From NCBI GenBank assembly GCA_029882515.1, contig JAOUKN010000002.1:1-47149 (forward strand): 47,149 nt of DNA, read 5' to 3'. Origin of the DNA: Candidatus Bathyarchaeota archaeon. Its GTDB lineage: Archaea > Thermoproteota > Bathyarchaeia > Bathyarchaeales > Bathyarchaeaceae. Position numbers and translations under genes: made by a program. How positions within the stretch are numbered: the first letter of the stretch is position 1; each line of letters starts with the position of its first letter. The notes beneath the pieces were generated by a model. The model made no database searches, was not told where the DNA came from, and saw only the letters and a program-made list of their open reading frames with translations. Shown here piece after piece: positions 45,186 through 47,149 of this stretch.

Positions 45186-46490
45186 CTAATTAGCTGCTAA
45201 TCTGAAAGCCGTTGTTTGGGCTTTATGTATAACTTCATTTTCATTCAAGGTTTCCACTTCTCGGTTTTCCATTAGTATCTTTCCGTTTGCGATGACTGTG
45301 TGTACGTCGCTTCCATGGGCTGAGTATACAATGTTTGCATACACGTTGTGAAGTGGGGTTAGATGGGGCGTCTTGAAATCGATCAAAAGGATATCAGCTT
45401 TTTTGCCAATCTCTATGGAGCCTATAGAGTTTTCAATACCGAGGGCTTTAGCTGCTTCTATAGTTGCCATTTTCAAAACTGTATACGCAGGAAGGACGGT
45501 TGGATCTTGGTAGTGAAGTTTCTGTAGAAGCGCTGCCACCTTCATTGTTTCGAACATGTCAAGGGTGTTGTTACTGGCTGGTCCGTCTGTGCCCAACCCT
45601 ACAACTATGCCTAAGTCCCTGAGGTCCTTGATTTTTGCTGTACCTTGAGCGAGTTTCATGTTAGCAACTGGGTTGTGAGCAACTTTAACGTTATGCATAG
45701 CCAGTAGCTTCATCTCTTTTTTGATGAGGTGTATGCAGTGGGCAGCGAGAACATCAGATCCTAGGAAACCAATTTTCTTTAGAAGTTCAACTTCTCCCAG
45801 GTTGTGTTCCTTTCTTATTTGTTTCATCATTTCTTTCGATTCGGCTAAGTGAATCTGGATACCCAAGTTGAGTTTAGAAGCTGTCTCACGAACTTTTGCT
45901 AACAGTTCTTGGCTGCACGTATAGACTGCGTGGGGGCCAAGACGAGTTGTAACTCTTCCATCAGCATATCCATGGTATTTTGTGGCAAAGCTGATGCTGT
46001 TTTTCAGCGTTTTCTCTCCTATTCTTGGATCGCCAATTTCAATTGTTCCTTGTGTCAAGACTGCTCTCAAACCAGCTTTCTCCACCGCTTGTGCGACTTG
46101 ATCCTCATGGTAATACATGTCTGCAAGGGTTGTTGTGCCGGTCTTTATCATTTCAAGGCAGCCAAGCAAAGCGCCACTATAGACATCCTTGGGTTGAAGT
46201 TTTGCTTCGAGAGGCCATATTGTATCAGTCAGCCACGTTCTTAATGGTTGATCTTCTGCAATGCCGCGAAACAATGTCATTGCTAAGTGGGTGTGGCAGT
46301 TGATTAAGCCAGGTATTGCAACCTTACCTTGGGCGTCCAAAAGTTTTTCTGCAGTTATTTTTGGTGCTGTTGTTTGTTTTCCAACATAGGTTATTTCGTC
46401 ATTTTTTATGGCAATTACACCATTTTCTATGATGCCTTTAGCAGTCATAGAAATGATTGTGCAATTTGATATGAGAATGTTTGCTTCCAT
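45186..46490 (-). CDS. mtaD: Amidohydrolase, 5'-methylthioadenosine/S-adenosylhomocysteine deaminase-like
   Basis: 434 aa with the motif INCHTHLAMTLFRGIAEDQPLRTWL plus downstream HLAES and GTDG motifs, typical of MtaD/DadD-type deaminases. Confidence 0.8.
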   Translation of the reverse strand: MEANILISNCTIISMTAKGIIENGVIAIKNDEITYVGKQTTAPKITAEKLLDAQGKVAIPGLINCHTHLAMTLFRGIAEDQPLRTWLTDTIWPLEAKLQPKDVYSGALLGCLEMIKTGTTTLADMYYHEDQVAQAVEKAGLRAVLTQGTIEIGDPRIGEKTLKNSISFATKYHGYADGRVTTRLGPHAVYTCSQELLAKVRETASKLNLGIQIHLAESKEMMKQIRKEHNLGEVELLKKIGFLGSDVLAAHCIHLIKKEMKLLAMHNVKVAHNPVANMKLAQGTAKIKDLRDLGIVVGLGTDGPASNNTLDMFETMKVAALLQKLHYQDPTVLPAYTVLKMATIEAAKALGIENSIGSIEIGKKADILLIDFKTPHLTPLHNVYANIVYSAHGSDVHTVIANGKILMENREVETLNENEVIHKAQTTAFRLAAN

Positions 46491-46707
46491 TAAGATCGCC
46501 CTTCTTACCGTAAGTATTAGGACTTCTCCTATTCAATTGTAGAATTTCGCAATTATAGATTTACGGACGATATGATAATGTTTTGATTACAAAAACGACG
46601 ATTTCCGACAACCTAATGGTATAGGTTTCCATAGTTTCCAAATGAATGCGTCTAACAGATGTGGAAAAAAGGAAGAAATGTTTTGGCTGTGATTGCTTCC
46701 GCGAATA

Positions 46708-47100
46708 TCAGTGTTTTTCAGACGCCTTCATAGTCAAGGAATTTGAAATAGCTCCGTTGATTACGATTTTGTCTAGACCGATTGTTGATAGTTTTCGACA
46801 AATATGATTCAATGAAGCCTCTGTGTAACGTAGCAAGTCTTCACCGTTGCGGGTTAGCTCGTAAACTTTTCTTGGTCTTTCGTTGCTTAGGTCCCATTGG
46901 CTCTTGATGAAGGTTTTTTCTTCAAGGGTGTTGAGCAGAGGATAGATTGTGCTCGGTCCAAAGTAGACTCCGAAGTCTTTTCGAATTTTGGTGATGATTT
47001 GGTAGCCATGCATGGGGTGCGCCTTTAGAAACTGGAGGACTACTAAGTCGAGGAGTCCTCTCATTAATTTGACCTCTACATCCCGTAATCTGTTTACCAT
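46708..47100 (-). CDS. PadR family transcriptional regulator
   Basis: 130 aa. LLDLVVLQFLKAHPMHGYQIITKI ... GPSTIYPLLNTLEE ... RKVYELTRNGEDLL is the PadR winged-helix pattern. Confidence 0.85.
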   Translation of the reverse strand: MVNRLRDVEVKLMRGLLDLVVLQFLKAHPMHGYQIITKIRKDFGVYFGPSTIYPLLNTLEEKTFIKSQWDLSNERPRKVYELTRNGEDLLRYTEASLNHICRKLSTIGLDKIVINGAISNSLTMKASEKH

Positions 47101-47149
47101 TTTTTACTCCTTCTGTTTTTTTGTTCAACAGTTTGCGTGTTATACGTGT

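Noticed and set aside
1-47149. A search by eye for CRISPR arrays, transposases or integrases, long terminal or inverted repeats, rRNA genes, and recognisable defence-system genes.
   Set aside because: None found. The only toxin-like gene is the orphan DUF5615. Apart from the short motifs reported, there are no regularly spaced direct repeats.

Overview
This window looks like a chromosomal segment from an anaerobic, probably uncultivated archaeon. Supporting this are an archaeal-type RNase J-like beta-CASP nuclease, TrmI, HdrA/MvhD, a formaldehyde-activating-enzyme (Fae) domain, an ADP-forming acetyl-CoA synthetase alpha subunit, and TATA-like promoters. I saw no rRNA, CRISPR array, transposase or integrase.

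Gene content from left to right:
- A small stress and redox module: ChrB-like, PNPOx-like, MarR, OsmC, YbjQ.
- Secreted and membrane proteins.
- A frameshifted MFS transporter.
- A TldD/PmbA protease pair and a UbiA prenyltransferase.
- An orphan PIN-like DUF5615 gene and tRNA-Ala(UGC).
- A complete [NiFe]-hydrogenase maturation set, hypF-(GNAT)-hypC-hypB-hypA-hypD with convergent hypE.
- A polyferredoxin-HdrA-HdrA/MvhD operon, then LplA and TrmI.
- Two tandem genes fusing a DapA-family aldolase to an Fae-like domain, then an M20 amidohydrolase.
- Two large divergent genes of unknown function, an RNase J-like nuclease, and a DUF2330-like membrane protein.
- An AN1 zinc-finger gene followed by a nucleotidyltransferase-like/atypical-kinase fusion.
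- ACD alpha, an MtaD-like deaminase, and PadR.

The most notable observations are:
1. The tandem aldolase-Fae fusion genes. They may couple a formaldehyde-releasing or formaldehyde-consuming aldol reaction to a pterin C1 carrier.
2. A 26-nt promoter-like motif present four times, each time upstream of a predicted membrane or secreted protein gene.
3. Alternating (GC)n runs that lie almost only in intergenic DNA, often a few nt after stop codons.
4. A divergent pair of large genes I could not assign to any family.
5. The AN1-finger and pseudo-NTase/kinase operon.

All family assignments come from motif recognition by eye. No database search was run.
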